NCBI GenBank assembly: GCA_050173015.1 | Contig: JBFXLE010000027.1 | Span: 1 to 62,955 of the forward strand | Length of the DNA: 62,955 nt | Origin: Calditrichaceae bacterium | GTDB taxonomy: Bacteria > Calditrichota > Calditrichia > Calditrichales > JBFXGD01 | Direction of reading: 5' to 3' | Part shown: positions 10,829 to 21,830 of the stretch, piece after piece | Numbering within the stretch: position 1 is the first letter of the stretch | Layout of the letters: each line of letters begins with the position of its first letter | The notes under the pieces: model-generated | Seen by the model: only the letters and a program-made list of their open reading frames with translations | What the model was told of the DNA's origin: nothing | Databases searched by the model: none | Program-made: the position numbers and the translations under genes

Positions 10829-11701
10829 TTGAATAATTATTACTTCATTGTTAATCCCGCATCCGGAAGAGGAAAAGGGAAAGTTCTGGGTCATCGTCTT
10901 CGACAGAAATTAATGAAGCTCGGACTCGATCATGAACTTGTTTTCACAGACAAAAAATGGCATGCCGTTGATTTGGCGGCAAAAGCGGCTGATAAATATA
11001 AAATAGTTGTCGCTGTCGGGGGTGACGGTACCGTTCACGAAGTGGTGAACGGCCTTGTCGGCACACAAGCGATTTTCGGTGTCGTCCCGGTAGGCAGTGG
11101 AAATGATTTTGTACACGCCGCAGGGATTCCAACCGATTTCAATCAAGCGCTTGATATACTGCTCGCCGGGAATCAAAAATACATTGATGTTGGAAAAGCG
11201 AACGACCGGTATTTCCCGAATGGCCTTGGCGTTGGTTTTGACGCATGGGTGGTTAATACGAGTTTCTCGGTGACTAAACTCCGCGGTAACGCGATATATC
11301 TCTATTCGGTCTTGAGAAATTTGATTACCTATAAACCGGTAGAAATTGAAATCCGTTTCAATGGAACGGTCAGAACAGAAGATTTTTTTATGCTGACTTT
11401 TGGTAACGGCGTCTCAATGGGGGGTGGTTTTCATCTTACACCGGATGCCGTGCTGGATGACGGGCTAATAGATCTTTGTCTCGTTCAGAACATGTCGCTG
11501 TCCGCTAAACTTAAAAATTTACTGTTGGTGTATTCCGGCAAGCACAAAGATGATCCCAAAGTCACAATGGACCGCGCGGATAAAGTGCAGCTCAGATCGG
11601 AAAAAGGATTTGCCGTCCATGCCGACGGTGAATTGATGTCATTAAATATGAAAGAACTTAATATCGAAATAATTCCGAATGCTCTGAGAATTATTTCCTG
11701 A
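10829..11701 (+). CDS. Diacylglycerol/lipid kinase family protein (YegS/DgkB-like)
   Basis: IVNPASG, VGGDGTVHEVVNG, PVGSGNDF and HADGE motifs. Confidence 0.9.
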   Translation: MNNYYFIVNPASGRGKGKVLGHRLRQKLMKLGLDHELVFTDKKWHAVDLAAKAADKYKIVVAVGGDGTVHEVVNGLVGTQAIFGVVPVGSGNDFVHAAGIPTDFNQALDILLAGNQKYIDVGKANDRYFPNGLGVGFDAWVVNTSFSVTKLRGNAIYLYSVLRNLITYKPVEIEIRFNGTVRTEDFFMLTFGNGVSMGGGFHLTPDAVLDDGLIDLCLVQNMSLSAKLKNLLLVYSGKHKDDPKVTMDRADKVQLRSEKGFAVHADGELMSLNMKELNIEIIPNALRIIS

Positions 11702-11717
11702 ACGACGAACGGTTATT

Positions 11718-12458
11718 TTGAAAACAGTTATCAAAATTTTTATCTTCATTACGATAGCTTCAGCAATTTCAGTAAATGCGCGGCAGCCTGCTCCCGATGG
11801 AAGAGATTCGCTGAAATCATTGTCACCTGTCTCTGCCATCTGGCGATCCGTTCTTATTCCCGGGTGGGGACAAATACACCAGGAACGGCTTACAACAGCT
11901 TCCCTGTTCTATTCAGCTTCCGCCACTTTTTATTACCGTAGTTTCTTTAATTTATATCAATATGACAAACACGGGCATGACCGGTTTTATGACCGGTTCC
12001 GAAATGATCTGGCCATTGCTTTGACTTTACATTTCGCGAATGTGGTTGATGTGAGTTATACGGCATTCAAAAAGAAACCGACCGGCTGGCAGGGAGAATT
12101 GCTTGGTGATAAACCGCTTAAGTCACCCTGGGGAGCTACGCTGAGGTCAGCCATATTGCCGGGATGGGGACAGGTTTATAATGAAAATTATGTAAAAGCG
12201 GTTTTATATCTAGGAATTGACGGATATCTGTTCTATAGGATCAGAGAAGCTGATATCAAGTACCGGGAATCGCGTGAAACCAAATACAGGGATGACCGTT
12301 CACGCTTTAGCTGGTATTTTGGGATTGCCTATCTGCTTACCATGGCGGATGCTCATGTGGAAGCATATTTGTATAAATTTGACGATGCGGTCAAGCTCAC
12401 AGTCATGCCCGAAGTGATTAATGGCGCGGCCGGAGTAAGGGCTTATGTGGAGTTTTAG
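11718..12458 (+). CDS. Exported/membrane protein with two DUF5683-like repeats
   Basis: Signal peptide and a duplicated motif: SPVSAIWRSVLIPGWGQIH and SPWGATLRSAILPGWGQVYN. Confidence 0.7.
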   Translation: MKTVIKIFIFITIASAISVNARQPAPDGRDSLKSLSPVSAIWRSVLIPGWGQIHQERLTTASLFYSASATFYYRSFFNLYQYDKHGHDRFYDRFRNDLAIALTLHFANVVDVSYTAFKKKPTGWQGELLGDKPLKSPWGATLRSAILPGWGQVYNENYVKAVLYLGIDGYLFYRIREADIKYRESRETKYRDDRSRFSWYFGIAYLLTMADAHVEAYLYKFDDAVKLTVMPEVINGAAGVRAYVEF

Positions 12459-12861
12459 GTTATCCAGTTTCTGCGCGGGGATTTTTATAATGATGTCTTT
12501 CGTTTTCGGGAATGAACCATTGCTGACCGGTGATGTCAATTATTCCGGAGCAGATTCCACAAAAAATAGCTTCCTGAATTCAACACACAAATATCCCGCT
12601 GATCATTGGTTCGGGAGAGATAAAGGACTTCATTTTGCGGGAAGCCTGATCAGCACCGCGGCGATTTCCAATTATCTGCGTAGATTTTCCGGAACAGGGA
12701 AAAATAAATCCAATAATATCGGGATGGGGCTTGGCTTCAGTGTGGGGCTGGGCAAGGAAATAATGGATTCAAGGAAACAAAACGGCCGGTTTTCGTATAA
12801 AGATCTTATCGCTGATCTGGCAGGTATCATTTGCGCGGGAGTATTGTTAAATATTGAGTAA
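12445..12861 (+). CDS. YfiM-like / VanZ-like small membrane protein
   Basis: DHWFGRDKGLHF...GKEIMD...FSYKDLIADLAG pattern. Confidence 0.65.
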   Translation: MWSFRLSSFCAGIFIMMSFVFGNEPLLTGDVNYSGADSTKNSFLNSTHKYPADHWFGRDKGLHFAGSLISTAAISNYLRRFSGTGKNKSNNIGMGLGFSVGLGKEIMDSRKQNGRFSYKDLIADLAGIICAGVLLNIE

Positions 12862-13918
12862 TTTATCAAAAAAATATTTTGAGTATTCGGGTATTATTCA
12901 TATCCATTCGACTTACAGTGACGGATCACTGCCTATTCCAAAAATTGCAAAAATCGCCAATGAGCTGGATGTGAACTTTTTGCTATTCACCGATCATAAC
13001 ACTTTACAGCCGAAATTTGACGGTCTGGAAGGGTGGTACGGTAAAATTCTGGTGGGTGTCGGTTGTGAAATAAATGATGTTTCGGATATGAACCACTATC
13101 TGGCATTTGATATTGATGAAGAAATCAGCAGCGAACTTGCCCCAAATGAGTATGTCTGTCGTGTGCGCGAAAAGGGCGGCTTTGGCATTATTGCCCATCC
13201 GGATGAAAAAAGGACAGCCATGCCCGAGTATCCGCCGTATCCATGGACCGTCTGGGATTCCGATTGTTATGACGGAATTGAAATATGGAATCAGATGTCG
13301 GAATGGATGGAAGGCCTTACCCATAGCAACAAATACTGGAGGGCGGTTCACCCGAGGAAAAGCATTCTTGCCCCGAACGCGGAGGCCCTCTCGAGATGGG
13401 ACGAAGTAAATTTAAGCAAAAAGATTCTGGGAATCGGGGGTGTTGACGCGCATGGGCATATTTATAAACTCTGGGGACTGTTCCGGATAACGATCTTCCG
13501 GTATAAAGTATTGTTCAAGACGATACGCACGCATGTCCTGCTCCCAGAGCCTCTTTCCGACCGGAAAGATTACTTGGGTGATCTTAAAAAAATTTACGAT
13601 GCCATGCGAAACTCCAATGTTTTTATTTCGAACCACTATATCGGTGACGCGGGTAGTTTCCTTGCGTGGCTTGAAAACAACAATGATCAGGTTATTATTG
13701 GAGAAACAATTACGCTGGACGAAAAAACAAAACTTTGTGTGAAAAATCCATTGCGCGCAAAAACAATTCTTATAAAAAACGGCATTCAATTTGATCATGC
13801 AGAGAGCAATGAGATTGAATTTAAAATCAGCGAACCCGGGGTGTATCGTGTTGAATCCCATCTCGCTGACCGGCCCTGGATTTATTCTAATCACCTCCGC
13901 GTTGTTGATAAAAAGTAG
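12854..13918 (+). CDS. PHP-domain metallohydrolase
   Basis: HIHSTYSDG, TDHN, AHP and GGVDAH metal ligands. Confidence 0.85.
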   Translation: MSNLSKKYFEYSGIIHIHSTYSDGSLPIPKIAKIANELDVNFLLFTDHNTLQPKFDGLEGWYGKILVGVGCEINDVSDMNHYLAFDIDEEISSELAPNEYVCRVREKGGFGIIAHPDEKRTAMPEYPPYPWTVWDSDCYDGIEIWNQMSEWMEGLTHSNKYWRAVHPRKSILAPNAEALSRWDEVNLSKKILGIGGVDAHGHIYKLWGLFRITIFRYKVLFKTIRTHVLLPEPLSDRKDYLGDLKKIYDAMRNSNVFISNHYIGDAGSFLAWLENNNDQVIIGETITLDEKTKLCVKNPLRAKTILIKNGIQFDHAESNEIEFKISEPGVYRVESHLADRPWIYSNHLRVVDKK

Positions 13919-13977
13919 ATTTGCATTTATCAAAAAATTTAATCAACTTTAAGCCTTTTAATTATTGGATAAATATC

Positions 13978-15375
13978 ATGAATGATTTTTTAGATAAACC
14001 GGATGATTTTTGCGGAGTTGTCGGAATATACGGTGATCCGAACGCTTCATTTAATACCTATCTTGGATTACACGCATTACAACACAGGGGACAGGAGAGC
14101 GCCGGGATCGCGGTCAGCAACGGACGGGAGGTTCGCAAGAAATTGGGGATGGGACTCGTCTCCGAAGTTTTTAATGAGCAGAATTTAAAGGAACTGCCCG
14201 GCCATATCGCCATTGGGCATAACCGATACTCTACAACCGGAGGCTCGGCAGCCCTGAATATCCAACCGATTCTTATTTATCACAAGGACGGTAATCTGGG
14301 GGTTGGGCATAACGGTAATCTTACCAATTCTAAAATATTGCGCCGGCAATTGGAAGAACGAGGTTCTATTTTTCAGACCACCACCGATAGCGAGGTCATT
14401 CTTCACTTGGTCGCGAAATCGAAAGAAATGGATATTATCCACAAAATTCAGGACGCGGTCAGACAGATTAAGGGTGCCTTTAGTCTTGTGTTCCTGACTG
14501 AAAATAAGCTGATTGTCGTCAGGGACCCCAATGGTTTCCGGCCGTTGGCGCTTGGTAAATTTAACGGGGCGATGGTAGTCGCATCCGAAACAACCGCATT
14601 TGATTTAATAGGCGCGGAATATATCCGCGATGTAAAATGCGGCGAAATGCTCGTATTTGATTCAGAAGGCATGCGGTCATTTTCTCCCTTCGAAAAGCAA
14701 ACTCCGGCGCATTGTGTTTTTGAATTTGTATATTTTTCCCGACCGGACAGTCAGATTTTTGGGGAATATGTGGATAAAACACGCAGAAAACTCGGAAAAA
14801 ACCTCGCGCTTGAAAAACCGGCAGATGCCGATATTGTAATTTCAGTTCCGGACAGCAGCAATACAGCCGCTCTCGGATTTTCAGCCAGAAGCGACGCCAA
14901 GTTCGAAATAGGATTTATTCGAAATCATTACATCGGAAGAACATTTATCCACCCTTCGCAGGAAAAAAGAGATTTTAATGTCCGGTTAAAATTTAATATT
15001 GTCGGTGGGGTGCTTAAAGGGCGCAGGGTGGTCATTGTGGACGATTCTATTGTCCGCGGGACGACATTGAAGCAGTTAGTTCAGGTTGTCAGAAATGCCG
15101 GTGCAAAAGAGGTACACGTCAGAATCAGTTCTCCACCCATTAAAAATCCATGTTATTACGGAATGGATTTTCCGACCTGGAAAGAACTGATAGCGAGCGA
15201 CAGGTCGGTCGAAGAGATTAGAGAGCATCTCGGCGCGGATTCTTTGGAATATCTGTCTCTGGACGGCATGCTTGATTCCATGCCGAAAGAAAACGGACAG
15301 CATTACTGCACCGCTTGTTTCAACGGTAAATATCCTGTAGAAATAGATGATTTGGAAAGCAATAATTCTAAATGA
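13978..15375 (+). CDS. purF: Amidophosphoribosyltransferase
   Basis: Short propeptide then CGVVG, LQHRGQESAG, HNRYSTTG and VDDSIVRGTT. Start set at ATG 13978. Confidence 0.97.
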   Translation: MNDFLDKPDDFCGVVGIYGDPNASFNTYLGLHALQHRGQESAGIAVSNGREVRKKLGMGLVSEVFNEQNLKELPGHIAIGHNRYSTTGGSAALNIQPILIYHKDGNLGVGHNGNLTNSKILRRQLEERGSIFQTTTDSEVILHLVAKSKEMDIIHKIQDAVRQIKGAFSLVFLTENKLIVVRDPNGFRPLALGKFNGAMVVASETTAFDLIGAEYIRDVKCGEMLVFDSEGMRSFSPFEKQTPAHCVFEFVYFSRPDSQIFGEYVDKTRRKLGKNLALEKPADADIVISVPDSSNTAALGFSARSDAKFEIGFIRNHYIGRTFIHPSQEKRDFNVRLKFNIVGGVLKGRRVVIVDDSIVRGTTLKQLVQVVRNAGAKEVHVRISSPPIKNPCYYGMDFPTWKELIASDRSVEEIREHLGADSLEYLSLDGMLDSMPKENGQHYCTACFNGKYPVEIDDLESNNSK

Positions 15376-16337
15376 CTTTAACCGCACAAAAAAAGAGTGC
15401 ACTCCACATTTTTGATTATTTGTTTGTATTGAGACCGATGCTATTCTATCCGGGTTGGTCAACCATGCTGGCAGGATTCTTTGTCGCGCGCGATGATGAA
15501 TTGTTTTTGTCGCGGGATGTGCTGTTGGGATTGAATCATGTTCTGATTCTCAAGCTTTTGGTGTTGTTTGGCGCGGCCATGGGCGCCAGCTTTTTGTTGA
15601 ATCAGCTGCAGGATATTGAGAGCGATCTCAAGAACAAAAAATTGTTCATAATTTCCGAAAATTATATCGGCAACAAAGCGGCTGTTATAGAATTAATCAT
15701 TTTGACAGTAGTCACCTTGCTGATTTCATTCGGGATTTCCTTTGATGTCGGTTTGCTGGCATCGGTATTCTTGTTGGTGACGGGGTATCTTTACAATTTC
15801 CGGCCATTTAATTTTAAGGATCATCCGTGGGGAAGTCTCGCGGCTAATTCCATGATGGGCTGGTTGGCTTTCGCGCTTGGCTGGGGTGCCGTTCGGGGAA
15901 TTGATTCCGGCCTGATATTAGATTCTGTACCATATGTATTGTTTAATACCGCTCTGTATTTTTTTACGACACTTCCTGATATGGCCGGTGACAAACAATG
16001 CAATAAACATACACTGGCGGTAATTTACGGCGTCGGCAAAATCCTGAAATCAGCTTTTTTTCTGTACATTGCCAGTTTGTTTGCCGCCTTGATACTGATG
16101 GATTTTCAGGCATTGATTTTTATTATATTGTCTTCTCCTTTTTTTATTTATATGATGAAGGAGCGAACCATAGAAAGCGCCATCCGAACGACCAAATATG
16201 GTATTTTGTTTTTCGCGCTGGCCGTATGCCTGAGACTGCCGTACTATTTTATTATAATGCTTTCAGGATTCTTTTTTACAAAATGGTATTTCAAAAAACG
16301 TTTTCAATATGATTACCCGAACTTTAAAGGTAATTGA
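15372..16337 (+). CDS. UbiA family prenyltransferase
   Basis: Multi-TM protein with the acidic motifs NQLQDIESD and PDMAGD. Confidence 0.8.
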   Translation: MTLTAQKKSALHIFDYLFVLRPMLFYPGWSTMLAGFFVARDDELFLSRDVLLGLNHVLILKLLVLFGAAMGASFLLNQLQDIESDLKNKKLFIISENYIGNKAAVIELIILTVVTLLISFGISFDVGLLASVFLLVTGYLYNFRPFNFKDHPWGSLAANSMMGWLAFALGWGAVRGIDSGLILDSVPYVLFNTALYFFTTLPDMAGDKQCNKHTLAVIYGVGKILKSAFFLYIASLFAALILMDFQALIFIILSSPFFIYMMKERTIESAIRTTKYGILFFALAVCLRLPYYFIIMLSGFFFTKWYFKKRFQYDYPNFKGN

Positions 16338-16359
16338 TAATTTTAAATGAGGAAGATCA

Positions 16360-17268
16360 ATGGTTTTCGGAAAAATAAAAAACAGTCTAAAAAAAACAAG
16401 GGAAGGAACGTTCTCAAAAATTAACCGCCTGATTACCGGTAAAAAGAAAATTGACGATGATATGCTCGATGAACTGGAGGAAATACTATTAAGCGGTGAT
16501 GTGGGCGTAGATACAACCATGTTTCTTCTGGACCGTATTCGGGAACGCGTCAAAAAAGAGCGTTATGAAACCACGGAAGGGTTAAATCAGATCATACGTG
16601 ATGAGATCGTTAAACTTATTGACGTTCCGGTAAACGACATCGATATTCACAAACCCTCAGTCATTCTGGTGGTAGGGGTTAACGGGACCGGAAAAACGAC
16701 TTCAATTGCCAAATTAGCTCACCATTATAAGAGTCAGGGTAAAAATGTACTGCTTGCCGCGGCTGATACATTCAGGGCGGCGGCTATTGACCAGCTGAAA
16801 ATCTGGGGAGAGCGCATCGGATGTGGCGTGATTAATCATCAACCCAATGCTGATCCTGCCGCTGTGGTGTTTGACGCGGTCGGGGCTGCCCTTGCCCGGG
16901 ACGTGGACTATCTGATAATCGATACCGCCGGACGGCTCCATACAAAATCGAATTTAATGAATGAACTTGAAAAAATTTACCGGGTTATCGAAAGGCAAAT
17001 TCCGGGCGCCCCTCATGAAGTTATTCTTGTTCTTGACGCGGGAAACGGTCAAAACGCGGTGAATCAGGCGAGAGAGTTTATTAAGGTAGCAAAGGCCGAT
17101 TCAATTTTTCTCACTAAACTTGATGGGACAGCCAAAGGCGGCGTAGTCCTCGGAATAAAAAGAGAATTGGGAATTCCCGTCAGATATATCGGGTTAGGAG
17201 AAAAAGCTACCGATATGGAATTATTTAATCCCGTTGAATTTGTTGAAGGATTGTTTGAAATAGAATGA
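16360..17268 (+). CDS. ftsY: SRP receptor FtsY
   Basis: [21 protein letters not shown] and [10 protein letters not shown] motifs. Confidence 0.97.
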   Translation: MVFGKIKNSLKKTREGTFSKINRLITGKKKIDDDMLDELEEILLSGDVGVDTTMFLLDRIRERVKKERYETTEGLNQIIRDEIVKLIDVPVNDIDIHKPSVILVVGVNGTGKTTSIAKLAHHYKSQGKNVLLAAADTFRAAAIDQLKIWGERIGCGVINHQPNADPAAVVFDAVGAALARDVDYLIIDTAGRLHTKSNLMNELEKIYRVIERQIPGAPHEVILVLDAGNGQNAVNQAREFIKVAKADSIFLTKLDGTAKGGVVLGIKRELGIPVRYIGLGEKATDMELFNPVEFVEGLFEIE

Positions 17269-18575
17269 AAAAAATACATATAACCACACTCGGATGTCCC
17301 AAAAACCTGGTCGATTCAGAAGTTTTGATGGGCCAGCTGGAGACAAATCATTATGAAATCTCTGATGAGCCTGAAATTTCGGATGTCATTATCATTAACA
17401 CATGTGGCTTCATCGAGGACGCTAAGAACGAATCAATACAGGCCATTTTCGAGGCATTAAAGCTAAAGGAAGCCGATCCGGCGAAAAAAGTTTATGTGGC
17501 CGGATGCTTATCCCAGCGTTACCGGAAGGAAATCGAAAAGGAAATTCCGGAAGTAGACGCCATTTTTGGTACCGAAGATTATGACTCAATATTAAAATCA
17601 TTGGGTAAGAAGCATTCCGCTCTGGATAATATCCACCGGATGAGAAAACTAAGCACTCCAAGACATTACGCCTATCTTAAAATTTCTGAAGGATGCAATC
17701 ATACCTGTTCATTCTGCGCCATACCCGGTATCAGGGGGAAACACCGCAGCCGCACCATCGAAAGTCTTGTCGATGAAGCGACGAAATTGGCCGAAAGAGG
17801 CGCGAAGGAACTGATTTTAATTTCACAGGACACCTCTTACTACGGCAGAGATTTATACGGTAAGCAGCGAATTATCGAGCTCATCGAGCAATTGCAGAAA
17901 ATCGATATGCTCGAATGGATCAGGGTTTTGTACTGGTATCCGACAAATTTTCCGATCGGTGTGCTTGACTTGATGAAGAGCGGAAGTAAATTGCTTCCCT
18001 ATATCGATATGCCGATCCAGCATATCAGCGAAAGAATGTTAAGAAATATGCGCAGAGGTGATACAAGGGGATCCCTTGTCAGCTTGTTTGATAAAATGCG
18101 TTCGGAAATCCCTGAAATTGCCTTAAGAACAACAATGATATTGGGGCATCCTGGGGAGACTGAAGAAGATTTCAGTGAATTGAAAAATTTCGTTCAAGAC
18201 ATAAAGTTTGACCGTCTCGGGACATTTTTGTATTCTGATGAAGACGGAACCCCGGCCTTCAACCTTAAAGAGAAGGTTGATAGAAGGCTAGCCGAGGAAC
18301 GACAGGCAGAAATCATGGAAATTCAGAGAAATATTTCGCTGGAGAAAAATAATTCTTATATTAATCATGAGTATAATGTCTTGATTGATGAAATTGATTC
18401 GGATGCCGGAATCATGACCGGCAGGACCTACCGGGATACACCCGAAATTGATAATGAAGTTATAGTTAAGCTTGAGAATGCAGATAATTTTTCTACCGGC
18501 TCATTTGTCAAAGTTCTTATTGATGATGCGAGTGAATATGAACTTTATGGTCGTGTTTCCGTAAATCATAAGTAG
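17265..18575 (+). CDS. rimO: Ribosomal protein S12 methylthiotransferase
   Basis: LGCPKNLVDSE, NTCGFI, CNHTCSFC radical SAM motif and a TRAM domain containing PEID. Confidence 0.95.
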   Translation: MKKIHITTLGCPKNLVDSEVLMGQLETNHYEISDEPEISDVIIINTCGFIEDAKNESIQAIFEALKLKEADPAKKVYVAGCLSQRYRKEIEKEIPEVDAIFGTEDYDSILKSLGKKHSALDNIHRMRKLSTPRHYAYLKISEGCNHTCSFCAIPGIRGKHRSRTIESLVDEATKLAERGAKELILISQDTSYYGRDLYGKQRIIELIEQLQKIDMLEWIRVLYWYPTNFPIGVLDLMKSGSKLLPYIDMPIQHISERMLRNMRRGDTRGSLVSLFDKMRSEIPEIALRTTMILGHPGETEEDFSELKNFVQDIKFDRLGTFLYSDEDGTPAFNLKEKVDRRLAEERQAEIMEIQRNISLEKNNSYINHEYNVLIDEIDSDAGIMTGRTYRDTPEIDNEVIVKLENADNFSTGSFVKVLIDDASEYELYGRVSVNHK

Positions 18576-18601
18576 ATAAGATAAAAATAAGGAATTCTTC
18601 T

Positions 18602-19891
18602 ATGCGGAAATTTCAATTTTTATTAATAATCTCAATTATCACCGGAATGTTATTGACGAATGTTTATGGACAATATTATGAAAAATCCAAATATAGCGGT
18701 GTCGGAATTCCATTTTTTGAAGCGGGTGTACAAAAACAGTACAAACAGGATCTTTCAGGGTACACTTTGTCTATAATGGCCGAAATTCTTTATGATGATC
18801 TTACATTTGTAAAAAGTGATACCAGCGGATATGATGCTGATCTTGAATGGCTGGTGGCGGTTTATGACAGCGATGGTAAGGTTATATTTTCCCGTACAAT
18901 CAATAAGAAATTTAATGTCGAAAATTATGAAGCGACAAATAATCGAAATCTTAATCTTGTAATTAAGGATGAAATTGATTTTAAACCCGGAGACTATCAG
19001 CTTCTTATGAAGACGACGGATTTAATCACTAATAAATCTGCTCAAAGAAAAAACGAACTTAACTTGCCCGATTATACATCTGAGAAACTGGCAATGAGTA
19101 GTATCTCATTTATGAAAAGCGTTAATATGGATTCCGCGAAACATGTGGTGGATTTTATTCCGACGTTTGGTGATAATTTTACGATCCGGTCCGGATCATT
19201 TTATATTTATTTTGATCTGTATTCAAGCAAAACGGATGTTCCGTTCGAGATTCACTATTTTATGAAAGACGAAAAAAATATTCCGGGAGTGGATACGGTG
19301 GTGACCGGGAATATTGAAAAACAGGTGACTTCACATTTTATAAGGCTGGACAGAAGCAGCCTTCTAAGAAACCGGTATAACCTTGAAGTGACGGTGAAAG
19401 TCAACAAGGAAGAAGTAAAAGAAACTCAGCCGTTGTCTTTTTACTGGTCAGATGTTCCCTCAACGGTAGATGACATAGACCTGGCTTTGAAACAAATGAC
19501 CTATATTATGAGTCAGGACAGTATAAAGGCTTACAAAAATAAATCACTGAGTGAAAAGCAGATGGCTTTTAAACAATTTTGGGATGAAAGAGATCCAAAT
19601 AAAAGTACCGCAAAAAATGAATTGATGAATGAATACTTCCGCCGGGTAAACTACTCGGTTGAAAATTTCAGCAGATCTTTCTCAAAAGACGGGTGGCAGA
19701 CAGACCGCGGACGAATTTTGATAAAATTTGGCTTTCCGGACGATATTGAAAGACATCCGTTTGAAATGGGAAGCCTTCCCTTCGAAGTCTGGCGGTATTA
19801 TTCTCTGCGAAAAACATTCCTTTTCCATGATAGAACCGGATTCGGTGATTATTATCTGCACCCGGATTATCTTGATGTGGAATTTCAGTAA
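18602..19891 (+). CDS. GWxTD domain-containing exported protein
   Basis: Signal peptide and a C-terminal FW..RDP...GWQTDRGRILIKFGFPD signature. Confidence 0.85.
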   Translation: MRKFQFLLIISIITGMLLTNVYGQYYEKSKYSGVGIPFFEAGVQKQYKQDLSGYTLSIMAEILYDDLTFVKSDTSGYDADLEWLVAVYDSDGKVIFSRTINKKFNVENYEATNNRNLNLVIKDEIDFKPGDYQLLMKTTDLITNKSAQRKNELNLPDYTSEKLAMSSISFMKSVNMDSAKHVVDFIPTFGDNFTIRSGSFYIYFDLYSSKTDVPFEIHYFMKDEKNIPGVDTVVTGNIEKQVTSHFIRLDRSSLLRNRYNLEVTVKVNKEEVKETQPLSFYWSDVPSTVDDIDLALKQMTYIMSQDSIKAYKNKSLSEKQMAFKQFWDERDPNKSTAKNELMNEYFRRVNYSVENFSRSFSKDGWQTDRGRILIKFGFPDDIERHPFEMGSLPFEVWRYYSLRKTFLFHDRTGFGDYYLHPDYLDVEFQ

Positions 19892-20010
19892 AAGTCGGAA
19901 AAAGACCAAGACTGAACAAGGGAAGTTTGATTTTCCTAAAGTTTATCCTGGATGAAAGAAAGATTCTTATTCGGGTAGATATAGTTGCAGTAAATAAAAG
20001 GGAATAAAAA

Positions 20011-20028
20011 AGCTGGGAATATCCAGCT
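20011..20028 (-). terminator. Probable intrinsic terminator after rpmB
   Basis: agctgg-gaatat-ccagct stem with a flanking A-run (U-tail on the minus strand). Confidence 0.55.
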
Positions 20029-20031
20029 CTT

Positions 20032-20226
20032 TTATATTTTTGGTTTTTCTATTTTACCTGCCTGTATGCAGCTTGTGCACACGCGCATTCTCTTGACACC
20101 TTCAGTGGTCTGAACACGAATTTTTTGTAAGTTTGGTAAAAACCGTCTTTTATTTCTATTATTAGCATGACTAACGTTGTTTCCGACCATCGGGCCCTTG
20201 CCGCATACTTCACATACCATCGACAT
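20032..20226 (-). CDS. rpmB: 50S ribosomal protein L28 (zinc-binding form)
   Basis: [34 protein letters not shown]...VCTSC. AGGAG RBS before ATG 20226. Confidence 0.95.
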   Translation of the reverse strand: MSMVCEVCGKGPMVGNNVSHANNRNKRRFLPNLQKIRVQTTEGVKRMRVCTSCIQAGKIEKPKI

Positions 20227-20597
20227 TATAATCACTCCTTTTTCATGATAAATAAAGCTTTTAATTTAATTAAATGTTTTACTAAAAGCAATAATTGTGT
20301 GTCTTATTTTAGAAATTAAGAACAAAGATTCGTATTAAAAATTTGTCCGGAAATATTGATCAGTATTTTTTTTATCCGGAATGATCCCGGCGCAAATTAG
20401 TTATATTCTATTGCGCTTCATTCGTAGTGAAATTTTGTCGGGTCACACAAAAAAATCTACGATAATATGTTTCTCAATTTACAGAATTTTCATATGATTT
20501 CTTAAATATTGTTATTAAATTACATAAAATATTTCATCAGATCATATTTTCTGCTTCTTTATTAGTGACTAAATTTTAATATTTGGGGAGGTTTACC

Positions 20598-21659
20598 ATG
20601 CGTTTTAAAAAAATCGGTATGCTGATTGTATTATTCCTTATCAGCCATGCAACGGCAGGGGCTATCAGGGAGAGTAAGTCTGTTGTCACATTCAAGGGGT
20701 TTGGGGAATATACGGTCTCTTCAATCCAAACAATCGATGGTATGCAAAAGCGTTTTGACAGCGTTACGAATTTTGACGGTAAGGGGATTATGGGCGGAAT
20801 GGCGGCGAAATTGTTCCTGAGATCCGGTAATACCGGTGAAATCCTCAAGTTAAACGAAATGAACACTTATTCGATGGATCATAAGAAAAAAGAATATCGG
20901 ATTAACCCGATTGAAAAAATTAAGATTGATGACTCAACAAGCCCCGGTAAAGCCAAAGGCGGATCAGACAAAGAAAAAGACTCAGAAAAAAGTGATGTCC
21001 GGGTTATTCGTAACGAATTTAAGGTGACAGATACGGGCTTAAATAAGAAGATTAATAATTTTGCCTGTCAGCAATACACCATTCTGTGGCTGACAGAGTG
21101 GGAAAATATAAATACAAAAGAACGCGGAACGGACAGTCTTTTTACGATTATCTGGGCGACTCCGATGACCGGTGAAATGGCTAAAATCCAGGAAGAAGAA
21201 ATGCAGTTCAATATGGAATATATGAAAAAAATCGGTATGAACATGGATCAGGATACCCGTGAACTGCTGGGAATGAACTGGTTATCTGTTTTTAAAAAAA
21301 TGAATCAGGATCAAAGAGACGAACTAAGTGAAAACGACGCGGCTGTTGCTCGTGAAATGGGTAAAATAAAAGGATATCCCATCGTCATAGACGGAAAATA
21401 TTACACGATACGCCCGAAAGCAGAGAATCAGGGGGAAGATGAGAATAAAGAACAGGAAGAAAATGCACAGGATGTCACCGATATGAAAGGCATGTTCGGC
21501 GGGTTTGCAAAAAAAATTGCCACAAAGAAAGAGAAAGCTCCGGAAGATGATCCGAAAATCAATCCGGCCTTCTCATATTATACCGAAATCCTAAAGATTG
21601 AAATGAAACCCATAAAGGCCGATGTCTTTTCGGTACCTTCCAATTATAAAAAGAAATAA
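20598..21659 (+). CDS. Secreted hypothetical protein (DUF4412-like)
   Basis: GGAGG RBS, signal peptide, KKINNFACQQY and C-terminal FSVPSNYKK pattern. Confidence 0.6.
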   Translation: MRFKKIGMLIVLFLISHATAGAIRESKSVVTFKGFGEYTVSSIQTIDGMQKRFDSVTNFDGKGIMGGMAAKLFLRSGNTGEILKLNEMNTYSMDHKKKEYRINPIEKIKIDDSTSPGKAKGGSDKEKDSEKSDVRVIRNEFKVTDTGLNKKINNFACQQYTILWLTEWENINTKERGTDSLFTIIWATPMTGEMAKIQEEEMQFNMEYMKKIGMNMDQDTRELLGMNWLSVFKKMNQDQRDELSENDAAVAREMGKIKGYPIVIDGKYYTIRPKAENQGEDENKEQEENAQDVTDMKGMFGGFAKKIATKKEKAPEDDPKINPAFSYYTEILKIEMKPIKADVFSVPSNYKKK

Positions 21660-21700
21660 ACGCCGGTGACGGAGACCGCTTTTCGATAAACGTTTATCTC

Positions 21701-21730
21701 AAGGCAGAGTTGGTATGCTCTGCCTTTTTT
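21701..21730 (+). terminator. Intrinsic terminator
   Basis: aaggcagag-ttggtatg-ctctgcctt stem followed by a T-run. Confidence 0.75.
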
Positions 21731-21830
21731 AATTCTTTGATTCGGATCCGTACTTCCGGATTCATAAAGATGCTTGCCTTTTAAATGTTCAGCGGATAAA
21801 TTCATCCTATAATCTCCTCTGAAAGGATGT